A DNA stretch of 64,000 bases from the NCBI GenBank assembly GCA_903826405.1, contig CAIKEH010000054.1:8027-72026 (forward strand), written 5' to 3'. Below are positions 39,068-49,089 of the stretch, in pieces (within the stretch, counting starts at the first letter, position 1; every line of letters starts with the position of its first letter). The DNA comes from an uncultured bacterium (GTDB lineage: Bacteria; Bacteroidota; Bacteroidia; Chitinophagales; Chitinophagaceae). The position numbers and the translations under genes are program-made. Below the pieces are notes generated by a model. The model saw nothing but the letters and a program-made list of their open reading frames with translations, did not search any database and was not told the origin of the DNA.

Positions 39068-40426
39068 ATGGCCCCTGGCTCACCCCATCCAGCTTCCTAT
39101 CGTGATCCTGCAGGGCACATCTTTTTCAGAGATAAGGTAGCTTATCGACAGGTAAACGAAGTGTATAGAGCCCATTATGAAATGTTCATGACATCCGGAC
39201 TCTATGATGAACTGACAGGAATGCAAATGCTGATCACTCATGTGGAAACGGATCTCCCCGGAAGCAATGAACACGCTTGGGCCGTATTGAAGCCCGAACA
39301 ACTAGATTTTCTCTCCTACCCTTATGAGTGGGGGTTCTCCCAATTGAGAGATGCGGCAATTCTCACGCTCGACATACAGTCCACCGCCATGGAAAAAGGG
39401 ATGTCACTAAAAGATGCCACTCCCTTCAATATCGTCTTTCGCTCAAACAAACCCGTGTTCATTGATACGCTGTCCTTCGAGACATATGATCCGTCCAGCC
39501 CTTGGGTAGCCTATCATCAGTTCTGCACTTGTTTTCTCGCCCCCCTGCTTCTAGCCGCATACCGTTCTCCGGATCTGATCCGGATGCTCGCTACGCATCC
39601 CGAGGGTATACCTCTTCAACTTTGTTCGTCATTGCTTCCCTGGTCGTCCCGCTTCCGACCCCTGGCAGCACTTCATGTTCACATGCCCGGAGGTATGAAA
39701 CCCGGCAAACAGAATTCAAAGCAGGCATCTTCGTTCAGCAAGGAAAAACTGAACCATATCATAAGCCATCTCAAAGAAGGCATCCAGGGTCTTTCGCTTA
39801 GCAAAGGGTCGGTTTGGAGCAGCTATTATGAGGATACCATCTTGAGTGATTCCTACCTGAAGGATAAGGAAAGGTTGGTCTCCAGAATGCTGCAGGGCAT
39901 ATCCTTCGATCAAGCATTTGATGCCGGTTGTAATACCGGACAATTCAGTCTGGTCTTGGCTCGCATGGGGAAAAAGGTCATCTCCGCCGATTCGGATCCT
40001 GGATGCATAGATATTCTATACAACGGAACGAAAGGTAAAGGTCTGTGTATAGACTCGCTCTTACTTGACCTGATGAATCCCACCCCACCTACGGGATGGG
40101 GTAACGCAGAAAGACTTTCATTCTGGGACAGACTGAAAACCGATCTGATACTTGCCCTTGCACTCATTCATCATCTTTGCCTCGGCCAAAATCTCTCATT
40201 CGAAAAGATAGCAACTCTTTTCAGTCGTCATGCGGAATGGCTATTGATCGAGTTCATCCCCAAAACGGATCCACGCGCCCAACAAATTTTATCGAACAAG
40301 GAAGATATCTACTCAGGATATACGGAAGAGAATTTCCTGCATGCCTTCACCGAATATTTCGCATTGGTGGATCGGGCTACCGTGCACGACTCATCCCGTT
40401 CCCTTTTCTTGCTCAGAAGAAAATAA
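39068..40426 (+). CDS. NoeA-like protein: N-terminal kinase-like domain + C-terminal class I SAM methyltransferase
   Basis: SYRDPAG, SYPYEW, LKDATPFN (catalytic-loop-like), VFIDTLSF (DFG-like); DAGCNTG SAM motif I, ISADSD. Confidence 0.75.
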   Translation: MAPGSPHPASYRDPAGHIFFRDKVAYRQVNEVYRAHYEMFMTSGLYDELTGMQMLITHVETDLPGSNEHAWAVLKPEQLDFLSYPYEWGFSQLRDAAILTLDIQSTAMEKGMSLKDATPFNIVFRSNKPVFIDTLSFETYDPSSPWVAYHQFCTCFLAPLLLAAYRSPDLIRMLATHPEGIPLQLCSSLLPWSSRFRPLAALHVHMPGGMKPGKQNSKQASSFSKEKLNHIISHLKEGIQGLSLSKGSVWSSYYEDTILSDSYLKDKERLVSRMLQGISFDQAFDAGCNTGQFSLVLARMGKKVISADSDPGCIDILYNGTKGKGLCIDSLLLDLMNPTPPTGWGNAERLSFWDRLKTDLILALALIHHLCLGQNLSFEKIATLFSRHAEWLLIEFIPKTDPRAQQILSNKEDIYSGYTEENFLHAFTEYFALVDRATVHDSSRSLFLLRRK

Positions 40427-40438
40427 AAGAGGAAAATA

Positions 40439-41932
40439 TTGAGCATCCAACGCATCATCCCCTACTTCCTACTGATCGGACTGCCGGTTTTTTTCGTCGT
40501 CCATAATTGGAATCAACAGTTCGAATACATTGACCTGAAAGATATCCTGCCCTTACTGTTTGCCTATATAAGCTTCACGATAGTTGTTTTCGTTTTGCTC
40601 AAGTTACTGCTCAAGGACAACATCCGTACCTCGATAGCCACCACTGCCCTTGGCTCGACATTCTTTTTTTTCGGTGCACTTCAAGATTTTTTAAAGACGT
40701 TTCAATTCCTGAGTATTTTTTCTCATTACTCCGTCATGTTACCCTTGCTGACAGGAGTAGTTTGGTTTATGTTTTTTCGCCTGCGCAAAAAACAAGACGG
40801 CGCCGCCAGAATGATCCGATTTCTGGCTTTGCTATTTGCCGTGCTACTCTTCTTGGAAATACTCCGATTGACCTTCACATTAGTTTCTCAGCAAAAGATC
40901 GAAGTGGATAAACATTCATCCCAAAAACCAACTTCAAGCACTTCTACTTTTCCAGATATTTACTATATCGTCACGGACGAATATTCCAGCACTCCGGCAC
41001 TCAGGGAAAGATTCGGTTATGACAATAGCCATATGGACAGTAGTCTTTCATCGCTTGGACTACAGGTCATGGGGGGATCACGCAGCAACTACAATTTCAC
41101 TCCATTTTCGATCGCCTCAACGCTCAATATGGATTACCTCCATTGGCTCAAAGATAGCATCGTCAAATCACCAGAAGATTACAACCATTGCATGCTCGAT
41201 ATCCGTGAGAATAAAGTATGTGAGATACTGACAACCCATGGTTATGAAATCCGTAATTTTTCCATTTTCGACCTTAAAGGTTCCCCTACACCAGAAAACG
41301 AATCATTCCTTCCTTTAAAAACAAAGCTCATTACGGGCCAGACTTTATGGGAACGGGTCAAAAAGGACCTCGGCCATCTCTTGTTGGCCGGGCCATTTGA
41401 GATAAGCTGGCTTTCTAATGATCTGATTTACGCGGCGGGAAAAACCACGGATACCCTACTGGCCCGAACGATTCGGGAGACCCAGATCCAATCGGCATCC
41501 CCCAGATTCGTTTACACACATCTCTACCTTCCCCATCCCCCTTTCTATGTGGATCGGAACGGCCACAGAAAAGACCTGAGCACCTTGCTAAGGGAAAAAG
41601 CAACAGATCCTGCTTCTGCATACTTGGATTATCTGCCCTACGCGAATAATAGGATACTGGAATTGATCAGCGCCATAAGATCACCAAAACTTCGTCCCTC
41701 CGTGATCATCTTACTTTCAGACCATGGATTCCGCGGTCATGGACAAAATGGGAAATATGATTTCATGAATTATTCGGCCATGGGATGGCCAGACAGCGCT
41801 CATATCCACTTCAAGGATTCCATGACCAATGTCAATGTTTTTCCTCGATTGCTGAATGACTTGTTCGATGAAGGGATACCCCTGCATATGGACAGCCTCA
41901 TCAGATTGCAGGATGCGTCAACCGGCAATTAG
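40439..41932 (+). CDS. Membrane protein with alkaline-phosphatase/sulfatase-superfamily domain (LtaS/EptA-like transferase)
   Basis: About 5 N-terminal TMs; PDIYYIVTDEY, SNYNFTPFS (putative Thr nucleophile), HLYLPHPPF, LSDHG; TTG start. Confidence 0.7.
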   Translation: MSIQRIIPYFLLIGLPVFFVVHNWNQQFEYIDLKDILPLLFAYISFTIVVFVLLKLLLKDNIRTSIATTALGSTFFFFGALQDFLKTFQFLSIFSHYSVMLPLLTGVVWFMFFRLRKKQDGAARMIRFLALLFAVLLFLEILRLTFTLVSQQKIEVDKHSSQKPTSSTSTFPDIYYIVTDEYSSTPALRERFGYDNSHMDSSLSSLGLQVMGGSRSNYNFTPFSIASTLNMDYLHWLKDSIVKSPEDYNHCMLDIRENKVCEILTTHGYEIRNFSIFDLKGSPTPENESFLPLKTKLITGQTLWERVKKDLGHLLLAGPFEISWLSNDLIYAAGKTTDTLLARTIRETQIQSASPRFVYTHLYLPHPPFYVDRNGHRKDLSTLLREKATDPASAYLDYLPYANNRILELISAIRSPKLRPSVIILLSDHGFRGHGQNGKYDFMNYSAMGWPDSAHIHFKDSMTNVNVFPRLLNDLFDEGIPLHMDSLIRLQDASTGN

Positions 41933-41937
41933 AAAAA

Positions 41938-43005
41938 TTAGTTCTTCCGTTTCGCATTCAGGTCCAGGCTGATTCCTAGTTGATTCATCGCGAATTGTCG
42001 CTGATATGGCGCCCTCGCAAATCGTAACTGAAATCGATCCAATAACACTCCAATACCATAGGAAAAACCGGTCGATCCATTTGCCGTATTCCCGATCGAA
42101 AGTTCCTGCTTACGCAAGACATTATAGGCCAACGTGAGCTCCACCCTGCCTGCAACGTAGCCTTGCACGGCAAAAATGAAATGGCGGAAAAGCTTCCCGG
42201 TGAAAGTGCTTTTACCAGCGTTACCATAATTATCAACATTGAAAAGGGTATCCCTGTACTGGATGTCGAACTGATGCAATCGCTGAGCAGTGATGGAGAA
42301 TTGTACGGGCAGCATCTTCAATCTCTTGGTGATACCCAGTTGCAGGTCGAATGGCATATCCTCACCCTGACCGGCATAGGTATGCAACTGCGCCCCCATA
42401 TTTTTGGCGACGAAGCCTAACTGTAAGAGGCTGGCGGAATCAAAGTAGTTGATGCCCACATCCATTGCAATGGCCGAAGATCTGTACATGCCATATAGGC
42501 TGGAAATATATTTTACCGAAACCCCGTAATGCCAATGCTCCAAATATTTTCTGGAAGCGGTCAATTGAATCACCATATCGCGGGGGCTGAATTCACCCAG
42601 GATATTACCGGAAGCATCGGTTTGCATCGCTTGTCCATAGGAGATATAATGAGTCCCCAAAGAAAAATTCGTACCCCAAGGTTCGTATCGCCAGCCTGCA
42701 AGAGCATGCAGATCCTTGAAGCCATCCTGGAACATTCCAAACGAGGCCGTCATCCGACCACTCATCTCCTTCCGAAGCAAGGACGGATTCTGGAAAGAAG
42801 GTCCTATATCTGAGCTGATGGCCGAAACATGGACACCACCCAACGCAGTAAGTTGAGGGCAGTTGGGTAGTTTGACGAACTGGAAAGCGGATTGACCACC
42901 CAACGTTTGAGATACCACCGGGGAATTAGGTAAAAGAGTTGAACAAAACAGCACCAGAATTAGGCTACGCATGGGATACGAATGTACGGATTCAATGCCG
43001 CCCAT
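41938..43005 (-). CDS. porQ: Type IX secretion system protein PorQ-like outer-membrane barrel
   Basis: AFQFVKLP..PQLTALGG, NPSLL, AMDVG, PFDLQLG; beta-barrel pattern. Confidence 0.7.
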   Translation of the reverse strand: MGGIESVHSYPMRSLILVLFCSTLLPNSPVVSQTLGGQSAFQFVKLPNCPQLTALGGVHVSAISSDIGPSFQNPSLLRKEMSGRMTASFGMFQDGFKDLHALAGWRYEPWGTNFSLGTHYISYGQAMQTDASGNILGEFSPRDMVIQLTASRKYLEHWHYGVSVKYISSLYGMYRSSAIAMDVGINYFDSASLLQLGFVAKNMGAQLHTYAGQGEDMPFDLQLGITKRLKMLPVQFSITAQRLHQFDIQYRDTLFNVDNYGNAGKSTFTGKLFRHFIFAVQGYVAGRVELTLAYNVLRKQELSIGNTANGSTGFSYGIGVLLDRFQLRFARAPYQRQFAMNQLGISLDLNAKRKN

Positions 43006-43013
43006 AAAATGCG

Positions 43014-43039
43014 AGGTCTCCCATGGACATGAGAGACCT
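43014..43039 (-). terminator. Hairpin between lon and porQ
   Basis: aggtctc...gagacct stem with inner catg/catg; weak U tract. Confidence 0.3.
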
Positions 43040-43141
43040 GATTTAAACCCTTAAAACAACCAACATGAAAAGAATTCCTGCGGAATTCATTCCGGATTAC
43101 AACAACACCGGGGTCATTTGGTTCAGTTCACTCATCATTCT

Positions 43142-45544
43142 TCAAACGAGTGCTAGGTCCAGAACCTGTTGCATCGTTTTTACGTAATGGAATTTCATCC
43201 CTTTGATGTACTGGCCGTTGATCTCCTCTACATCTTTTTCATTCTGCCAACACATGATGATCTCTTTCAAGCCTGCGCGTTTGGCCGCAAGCACTTTCTC
43301 CTTGATGCCACCTACTGGCAATACCTGACCACGCAGCGTTATTTCTCCGGTCATCGCCAGATAGGGTTTTACCTTCCGGCCCGTGAATGCAGAGGCCAAT
43401 GAAGTCATCATGGTAATACCAGCGCTGGGACCATCCTTTGGAACCGCACCTTCGGGAACATGTACATGTATGCTTTTCTTATTGAATTCTGCGGGATCTA
43501 TACCAGACTTCCGCGCATTGGCCTGCAAATAGGTCAATGCCGTAGTGGCACTTTCCTTCATGACATTGCCCAGGTTTCCGGTCAGTTTGAGATCACCCTT
43601 CCCCTCACTTAGACTCGTCTCGATGAAAAGAATGTCACCACCCACATATGTCCAGGCCAGACCTACCGCAACACCTGCAATGTTCGCGGTTTTGTAGAGC
43701 TCGTTGCTGTATTTTGGCTTGCCCAGGATCCGCCCGACATCCTTCATGGTCAGTGTAGGCTTGAGTTTACCCTTCATGGCGAGATCCTTGGCCATGGAAC
43801 GCATGATAGAAGCGAGTTGCCTGTCGAGTTCTCTTACCCCGCTTTCGCGGGTGTAGTTCTCGATGATCCCCCGCATCACATTGTTGCTGACGCGAATACT
43901 GTGATTCTTCAGACCATGCATCTCTTTCTGCTTGGGAAGCAAGTGTCGTTTAGCGATCTCCTCCTTTTCTTCAACTGCATAACCACTGAGTTCGATCACC
44001 TCAAGACGGTCCCGCAGAGCAGGCTGGATACTTTGGATATCGTTGGCCGTGGCAATGAAAAGCACTTTGCTGAGGTCGTATTCCAGTTCCAGATAATTAT
44101 CGTAGAAAGTATGATTCTGTTCCGGATCGAGCACCTCTAAAAGTGCAGAGGAAGGATCTCCTCGATGATCTTTACCCACCTTGTCGATCTCGTCGAGTAT
44201 CATCACCGGGTTTGAACTTTGGACCTTTCTGATCTGCTGAATGATGCGCCCTGGCATGGCACCTATATACGTTTTTCTATGACCACGAATCTCACTCTCG
44301 TCATGCAGTCCACCCAAGCTGAGTCTGGTGTATTTACGGCCGATGGCATGCGAGATGCTTCTTCCCAATGAGGTCTTACCGATACCGGGAGGGCCGACGA
44401 AACAAAGAATAGGACTTTTCATATCTCCCTTTAACTTGAGCACAGCGAGATACTCCAGGATGCGTTGCTTGATCTTGTGCATGCCAAAATGATCTTGGTC
44501 GAGGATCCTTTTCGCTCTTTTGAGATCATAAACATCCTCCGTATAATCTTCCCAGGGAAGATCCAGCATGAGGTCGATATGATTATAGACGATGGAGTAA
44601 TCCGGTGTAGAGGAATGCATGCGCTCCAACTTCTCGATCTCCTTTCGAAAGAGATTCTGCGCCGTCTGGGGCCAGATTTTGGCATCGCCTTTCTTTTTCA
44701 TCTCAGCGATCTCCCGGTCGTTGCTATCTCCACCCAGCTCTTCCTTGATGCTCTTCAGTTGTTGTTGCAGGAAATAATCGCGCTGCTGTTTGTCCAGTTC
44801 GCTCTTGGTCTTATTGGTGACCTTATTCTTCAATTCGGCGAACTGGAATTCTTTTTGCAGAAGATGAAGCAGCATTTCCGCACGTTTGCGGATGTCGTTC
44901 ATCTCGAGCAACTGCTGCTTATCGGAAAGTTCGCTGTTGAGGTTGCTACTCACGAAATGGATGAGGAAGGAAGGATTCTCGATGTTCTTGAGGATGATGG
45001 TCGCCTCTGCGGGAATGTTAGGCGATAATTGGATGATCTGTGCGGCAAGGTCCTTTATGGAACTCACTGTCGCCCGGAAAGGCTCATCATCTTTGCCTTC
45101 TTCTTCTTCAAGAATATCTACGCGGGCCTTGAAATAAGGTTCTTCTGAAGTGACCTGCCGAATGGCGAAACGCTTGCGTCCCTGAATGATCACCGTAGTG
45201 CCACCATCGGGCATTTTGATCAGCTTGATGATGCGTGCCACTGTGCCGATGTTAACCAGATCCGACATGGTGGGATCCTCGACGCTGCTGTCTTTTTGAG
45301 CAAGCACACCAACGATCTTGTCGGCACGATATGCATCGTTTACCGCTTTGATGGATTTATCCCTTCCCACGGTGATCGGTATGACCACTCCGGGGAAAAG
45401 TACGGTATTTCGCAAAGGAAGGATGGCTATCTCTTCGGGAATCGGTTTTTCATCGATACCATCATTTTCGCTTTCGTTCAGCGGAATGATAGGCATGAAA
45501 TCGAGATCCTCGTCGGTTTCAAACAGAATTGGGTTTTTTTCCAT
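43142..45544 (-). CDS. lon: Lon protease; start moved to MEKNPIL
   Basis: LPLRNTVLFPG, Walker A GPPGIGKTS, DEIDK, PKDGPSAG catalytic Ser, GGIKEK. Confidence 0.97.
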   Translation of the reverse strand: MEKNPILFETDEDLDFMPIIPLNESENDGIDEKPIPEEIAILPLRNTVLFPGVVIPITVGRDKSIKAVNDAYRADKIVGVLAQKDSSVEDPTMSDLVNIGTVARIIKLIKMPDGGTTVIIQGRKRFAIRQVTSEEPYFKARVDILEEEEGKDDEPFRATVSSIKDLAAQIIQLSPNIPAEATIILKNIENPSFLIHFVSSNLNSELSDKQQLLEMNDIRKRAEMLLHLLQKEFQFAELKNKVTNKTKSELDKQQRDYFLQQQLKSIKEELGGDSNDREIAEMKKKGDAKIWPQTAQNLFRKEIEKLERMHSSTPDYSIVYNHIDLMLDLPWEDYTEDVYDLKRAKRILDQDHFGMHKIKQRILEYLAVLKLKGDMKSPILCFVGPPGIGKTSLGRSISHAIGRKYTRLSLGGLHDESEIRGHRKTYIGAMPGRIIQQIRKVQSSNPVMILDEIDKVGKDHRGDPSSALLEVLDPEQNHTFYDNYLELEYDLSKVLFIATANDIQSIQPALRDRLEVIELSGYAVEEKEEIAKRHLLPKQKEMHGLKNHSIRVSNNVMRGIIENYTRESGVRELDRQLASIMRSMAKDLAMKGKLKPTLTMKDVGRILGKPKYSNELYKTANIAGVAVGLAWTYVGGDILFIETSLSEGKGDLKLTGNLGNVMKESATTALTYLQANARKSGIDPAEFNKKSIHVHVPEGAVPKDGPSAGITMMTSLASAFTGRKVKPYLAMTGEITLRGQVLPVGGIKEKVLAAKRAGLKEIIMCWQNEKDVEEINGQYIKGMKFHYVKTMQQVLDLALV

Positions 45545-45689
45545 GATCACTCTTTTAACGCCAACCTGGCACGATACCATATATTGGATCGTAAAAAATC
45601 AGCAAAGTTCTCTGTTTCCAATATGGTGCCAACATGAAAAATCCGGACATTTTGGCCCGGATGGACAATATTCCAATATTGGAGCAAGA

Positions 45690-46277
45690 TCAAAGATTTA
45701 TCCCAACTCCTAATTGCGCCGTTTGGCTTTTCCAACTGTCGCGATTGTCGATATCGTTAATGCTGTTGAGACCGACACTATATCGACCATAGACACGGAA
45801 ATTCAGGAAATTCAATTGCACCCCCCCGACCATGGCGAGGTTGCCGTTGGTGAAAGCCGATTTTCCATCCTGAAGCAGGTTCTGCTGTTTCGACATCAGG
45901 ATTCCGAATTGAGGCCCTGCCTGCAGGGTCAGAAATGGGAACGGGCGGATATCCAAGAGAATGGGGATGCTCAGGTAATTCAGTTTTACATTTTTGACTG
46001 TGCCGGGATTGATCGATTTATACAGCGTATCGAAGCTGTTTCCCGTCTGCAGATTGCTCTGATTGAAGAGCAGGTTAGGCTCAATTCCAAAATGCTTGCT
46101 GAACATGATTTCCGCTGCCAGTCCGGCGTGATATCCGAACTTGAATTCCTCGTTGAAGGACTTGCTATCTATGCGTACCATGTCCGCACCCGCACGAACT
46201 CCCAAATGGAAGCCCTGCGCAGAAGAGATCAGGGAAGATGAAATCATTAGTGTGGCGAAAAACAATCGAATGCTCAT
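45690..46277 (-). CDS. Outer-membrane beta-barrel (porin family) protein; start moved to MSIRLF
   Basis: Signal peptide; FHLGVRAG, YLSIPILL, AGPQFG, GRYSVGL, terminal GVGINL. Confidence 0.75.
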   Translation of the reverse strand: MSIRLFFATLMISSSLISSAQGFHLGVRAGADMVRIDSKSFNEEFKFGYHAGLAAEIMFSKHFGIEPNLLFNQSNLQTGNSFDTLYKSINPGTVKNVKLNYLSIPILLDIRPFPFLTLQAGPQFGILMSKQQNLLQDGKSAFTNGNLAMVGGVQLNFLNFRVYGRYSVGLNSINDIDNRDSWKSQTAQLGVGINL

Positions 46278-46371
46278 ATGATCTGTTTTTCTGTAAAAAC
46301 CAACATTGATGCCAGATTGGGCTTGAATAGGAAAGAAAATGTTAAATGACCCTGCACCGATCGACACTTTG

Positions 46372-46379
46372 CAAATATA
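46372..46379 (-). promoter_or_regulatory. -7 promoter element for the porin-family gene
   Basis: caaatata on + strand = TATATTTG on -. Confidence 0.45.
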
Positions 46380-46401
46380 TAACATATTCAACCACAGCAG
46401 A

Positions 46402-47403
46402 TCAGAACAACACCGCTGTGGTCAAGGCTACTAAATGAGTGAATGGATCAGTCTGGGCCTGAAAATAATAGTTTACATAGTAAGAAGGAGAAAAAGACCA
46501 ACTACCAATGATATAGCTGGCTGAAAGGGAAAATGCTGCAGACTGAAATTGGAATCCAGTAGTTCCACTGGAATTGATGTTCCGGACCTTCATGCGACGC
46601 AAACGCTGTCCGGACAACATCGTGCGCTTGGAATTCAGGACAAAAGATTCTGACCCTGCGGTGAGCATCAATCTTGGCTCCAATGAGAATCCATCCCCTT
46701 TCTTAAAAACATCATCCCAATCAAATGAATGGGAAAGCGAACCCATGACATTAAAATCACCGAGTCGGATAATGGTGGTATCCACGATATGCCGGCGAAT
46801 GCCTTGGATGACCGTGTCCAAGGCATTGACTTCACGGTAATGACCACCTGCCCATCCGATCGTCAGACCCGGTTCCAGCCAACCTTTACGTCCCTGAACA
46901 TAACCATAGAATTCGTTTCGGATCGGGGTGGTGTATGCATCGATGTCGTCGCGAGTGAAGTAATGAGTATAGGAGAGGCCGTAATCGACCCGCCCTTTTC
47001 CAATATGGTCGTATGATGGAGATAGTGCAAACTGATATGGGGTGACTTTCCCATTGACACCCATGATATAAGCCATACCGCTGAGTCCCAGACCCGACTT
47101 ATGCGTATAACTCAGCATAGGAGTGAATGCGAATTGCTTCCGCCCTGTCTGCTGAGCATTAATATTGTCATTACGCAGGCTATACAGTCGGTTTCCGACA
47201 CCAAAACTCGCTGAAAAAAAAGAGGTGTTACTTTCCATTCCTTCTACGAAAGACCTGATCTCTTTGAGCAATGAATCTTCAGAGTTGGGGCTGGCAGAAA
47301 GTGAACTTGAAGGAAAGCTATCTTTTGGCACAACCTCTTGCCCTCTACAAAATGTAGTTAACGAAATGAAAATCAAGCAAAAGAAGAAGATCTTCCTATA
47401 CAT
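46402..47403 (-). CDS. Hypothetical secreted/outer-membrane protein
   Basis: Signal peptide; alternating aromatic strands; C-terminal Phe. Confidence 0.6.
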   Translation of the reverse strand: MYRKIFFFCLIFISLTTFCRGQEVVPKDSFPSSSLSASPNSEDSLLKEIRSFVEGMESNTSFFSASFGVGNRLYSLRNDNINAQQTGRKQFAFTPMLSYTHKSGLGLSGMAYIMGVNGKVTPYQFALSPSYDHIGKGRVDYGLSYTHYFTRDDIDAYTTPIRNEFYGYVQGRKGWLEPGLTIGWAGGHYREVNALDTVIQGIRRHIVDTTIIRLGDFNVMGSLSHSFDWDDVFKKGDGFSLEPRLMLTAGSESFVLNSKRTMLSGQRLRRMKVRNINSSGTTGFQFQSAAFSLSASYIIGSWSFSPSYYVNYYFQAQTDPFTHLVALTTAVLF

Positions 47404-47491
47404 GGAGAGGTTTTGGAATGGAAATGGCGTCCCTTGGACTCAAGGGATCTATCCAGGTTTAAGAACGCATGGAAAGACAAGATATTGGGCA

Positions 47492-48739
47492 TCAGCCCAA
47501 TTCGATGACCGTGATCTCGGGAAGAATACCCACCCGTCCTGGATAACCGATGAACCCGAAGCCCCGGTTCACATACAGCCGCTGACGGTCCCGCTCATAC
47601 AATCCTGCCCACTGTTTATAGACATATTGGACCGGGCTCCAGCGAAAACCGGGCAATTCCACGCCAAATTGCATTCCATGGGTATGGCCGCTCAACATCA
47701 GGTCCACATCCCTATAACGAGGTACTATCTCGGCATCCCAATGGCTGGGATCATGACTCAAGAGTATTTTGAACGGGTATTGTTCAGTTCCGGCATATGC
47801 AAGGTCCATCTTTCCATATTTTGGAAAATTGCCCTTTGCACTCCAGTTTTCAATGCCTAAGATGGCAATCTTCTGGCCATTTCGATCCAAAGCCACGTGT
47901 TCGTTCATCAGCAGTCTCCACCCCAATTCGGCATGCACTCCTTTCAAACGTTCCAAATTAGCTTGTTTGGCCGCAGGGCTACCCCAATCATAATAGTCAC
48001 CATAATCATGATTTCCCAAGCTGCTGAAAACCCCCATTGGAGCCTTCAATCGGGAGAAAAGGTCCATGTAATCGTTCATTTCATCGGCACGGTCGTTCAC
48101 TAGGTCTCCGGTAAAGAGGATCAGATCGGCTTTTTCCGATAATATGTGCTCCACCCCCCTCTCGACAGCCTTTTTGTCCGTGAAACTTCCGGAATGGATA
48201 TCCGATATGTGAAGGATCTTCATCCCCCGAAAAGATTCCGGAAGGTTATCAAAAGTCATACGGACATGGTTTGTCCTATACTTGTACTTATTGCCGAATC
48301 CCCATAACATACTGCCGAATACGGTACCCCCCAAACCCATTCCCAGCCAACTGACGAAGGCAGAGCGAGAAATGGGAGCGCCTTTGAAATTCTCATCAGC
48401 CAGAAATTGGTAATACAGTTTGCCACCTCCCCATTGAAGGAGCCGACGAAGGTCATCGGCAAGAAAGAAAATGCAAGCGATGAATTTACCTATGAATAGA
48501 CCTATGATGGTGGCAAAAAGATAGGACCTGATCATTTTTGGCCAGGCGTTAAAACCGATCATAGGGATCAGCAGAAAGAAGGAAACAGCGATGATGGTGA
48601 TCCCCCAGTAGATCCCATAAAGCAAAGACCGGGATTTAGGGGCTAGTTGTTGGGTAACGGCCTTGAGGGCTTGAAAAAAGTACCAATCCAACAATAACAT
48701 GAGAATGATGAAAATACCAGAACCGAGGATTCTTCGCAT
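47492..48739 (-). CDS. Membrane-anchored metallophosphoesterase (YkuE-like)
   Basis: ISDIH, TGD, GNHD, SHDP, GHTHG motifs after 3-4 TMs. Confidence 0.9.
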   Translation of the reverse strand: MRRILGSGIFIILMLLLDWYFFQALKAVTQQLAPKSRSLLYGIYWGITIIAVSFFLLIPMIGFNAWPKMIRSYLFATIIGLFIGKFIACIFFLADDLRRLLQWGGGKLYYQFLADENFKGAPISRSAFVSWLGMGLGGTVFGSMLWGFGNKYKYRTNHVRMTFDNLPESFRGMKILHISDIHSGSFTDKKAVERGVEHILSEKADLILFTGDLVNDRADEMNDYMDLFSRLKAPMGVFSSLGNHDYGDYYDWGSPAAKQANLERLKGVHAELGWRLLMNEHVALDRNGQKIAILGIENWSAKGNFPKYGKMDLAYAGTEQYPFKILLSHDPSHWDAEIVPRYRDVDLMLSGHTHGMQFGVELPGFRWSPVQYVYKQWAGLYERDRQRLYVNRGFGFIGYPGRVGILPEITVIELG

Positions 48740-48978
48740 GAAATTTTTGTTATTGAAATGTTGAAATAAAAAAATCCAACAAGCTTCCTAAATTAATGAT
48801 TATCAATTATTAAATACTCTTTTTAAATAAATATTTTTATCGTGGCTCCTGACTAGATGCGAAACACGTGAGGGTATGGGTCGAGATGAATAATTCAGCC
48901 CGTTCAAGATCGCCGATCACGCTTCACATATACAACCATTCTAGTGCAATTAAGTTCCCTAAAATGGTGCCGAACCCG

Positions 48979-48986
48979 TAATTTTG
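48979..48986 (+). promoter_or_regulatory. -7 promoter element for the hydrolase-parA-parB operon
   Basis: taattttg = TAnnTTTG. Confidence 0.45.
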
Positions 48987-49089
48987 CCAACCTGTCATTT
49001 CCGGACTTTCCGGTAATGGGGAATGCATGGCGATAACGCCCTTCACCCCAGGATTTCTGCACAGGATCCCAAACTATAAAGCCGTCTAC

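Noticed and set aside
48855-48875. cacgtg core upstream of parAB as a parS site
   Set aside because: Flanks (gaaa-cacgtg-aggg) do not match TGTTTCACGTGAAACA.
48740-49089. 350-bp divergent spacer as a 6S RNA or riboswitch
   Set aside because: Only a short ccgga/tccgg hairpin and a promoter element are visible; no family motif I can support. An Infernal/Rfam scan would settle it.
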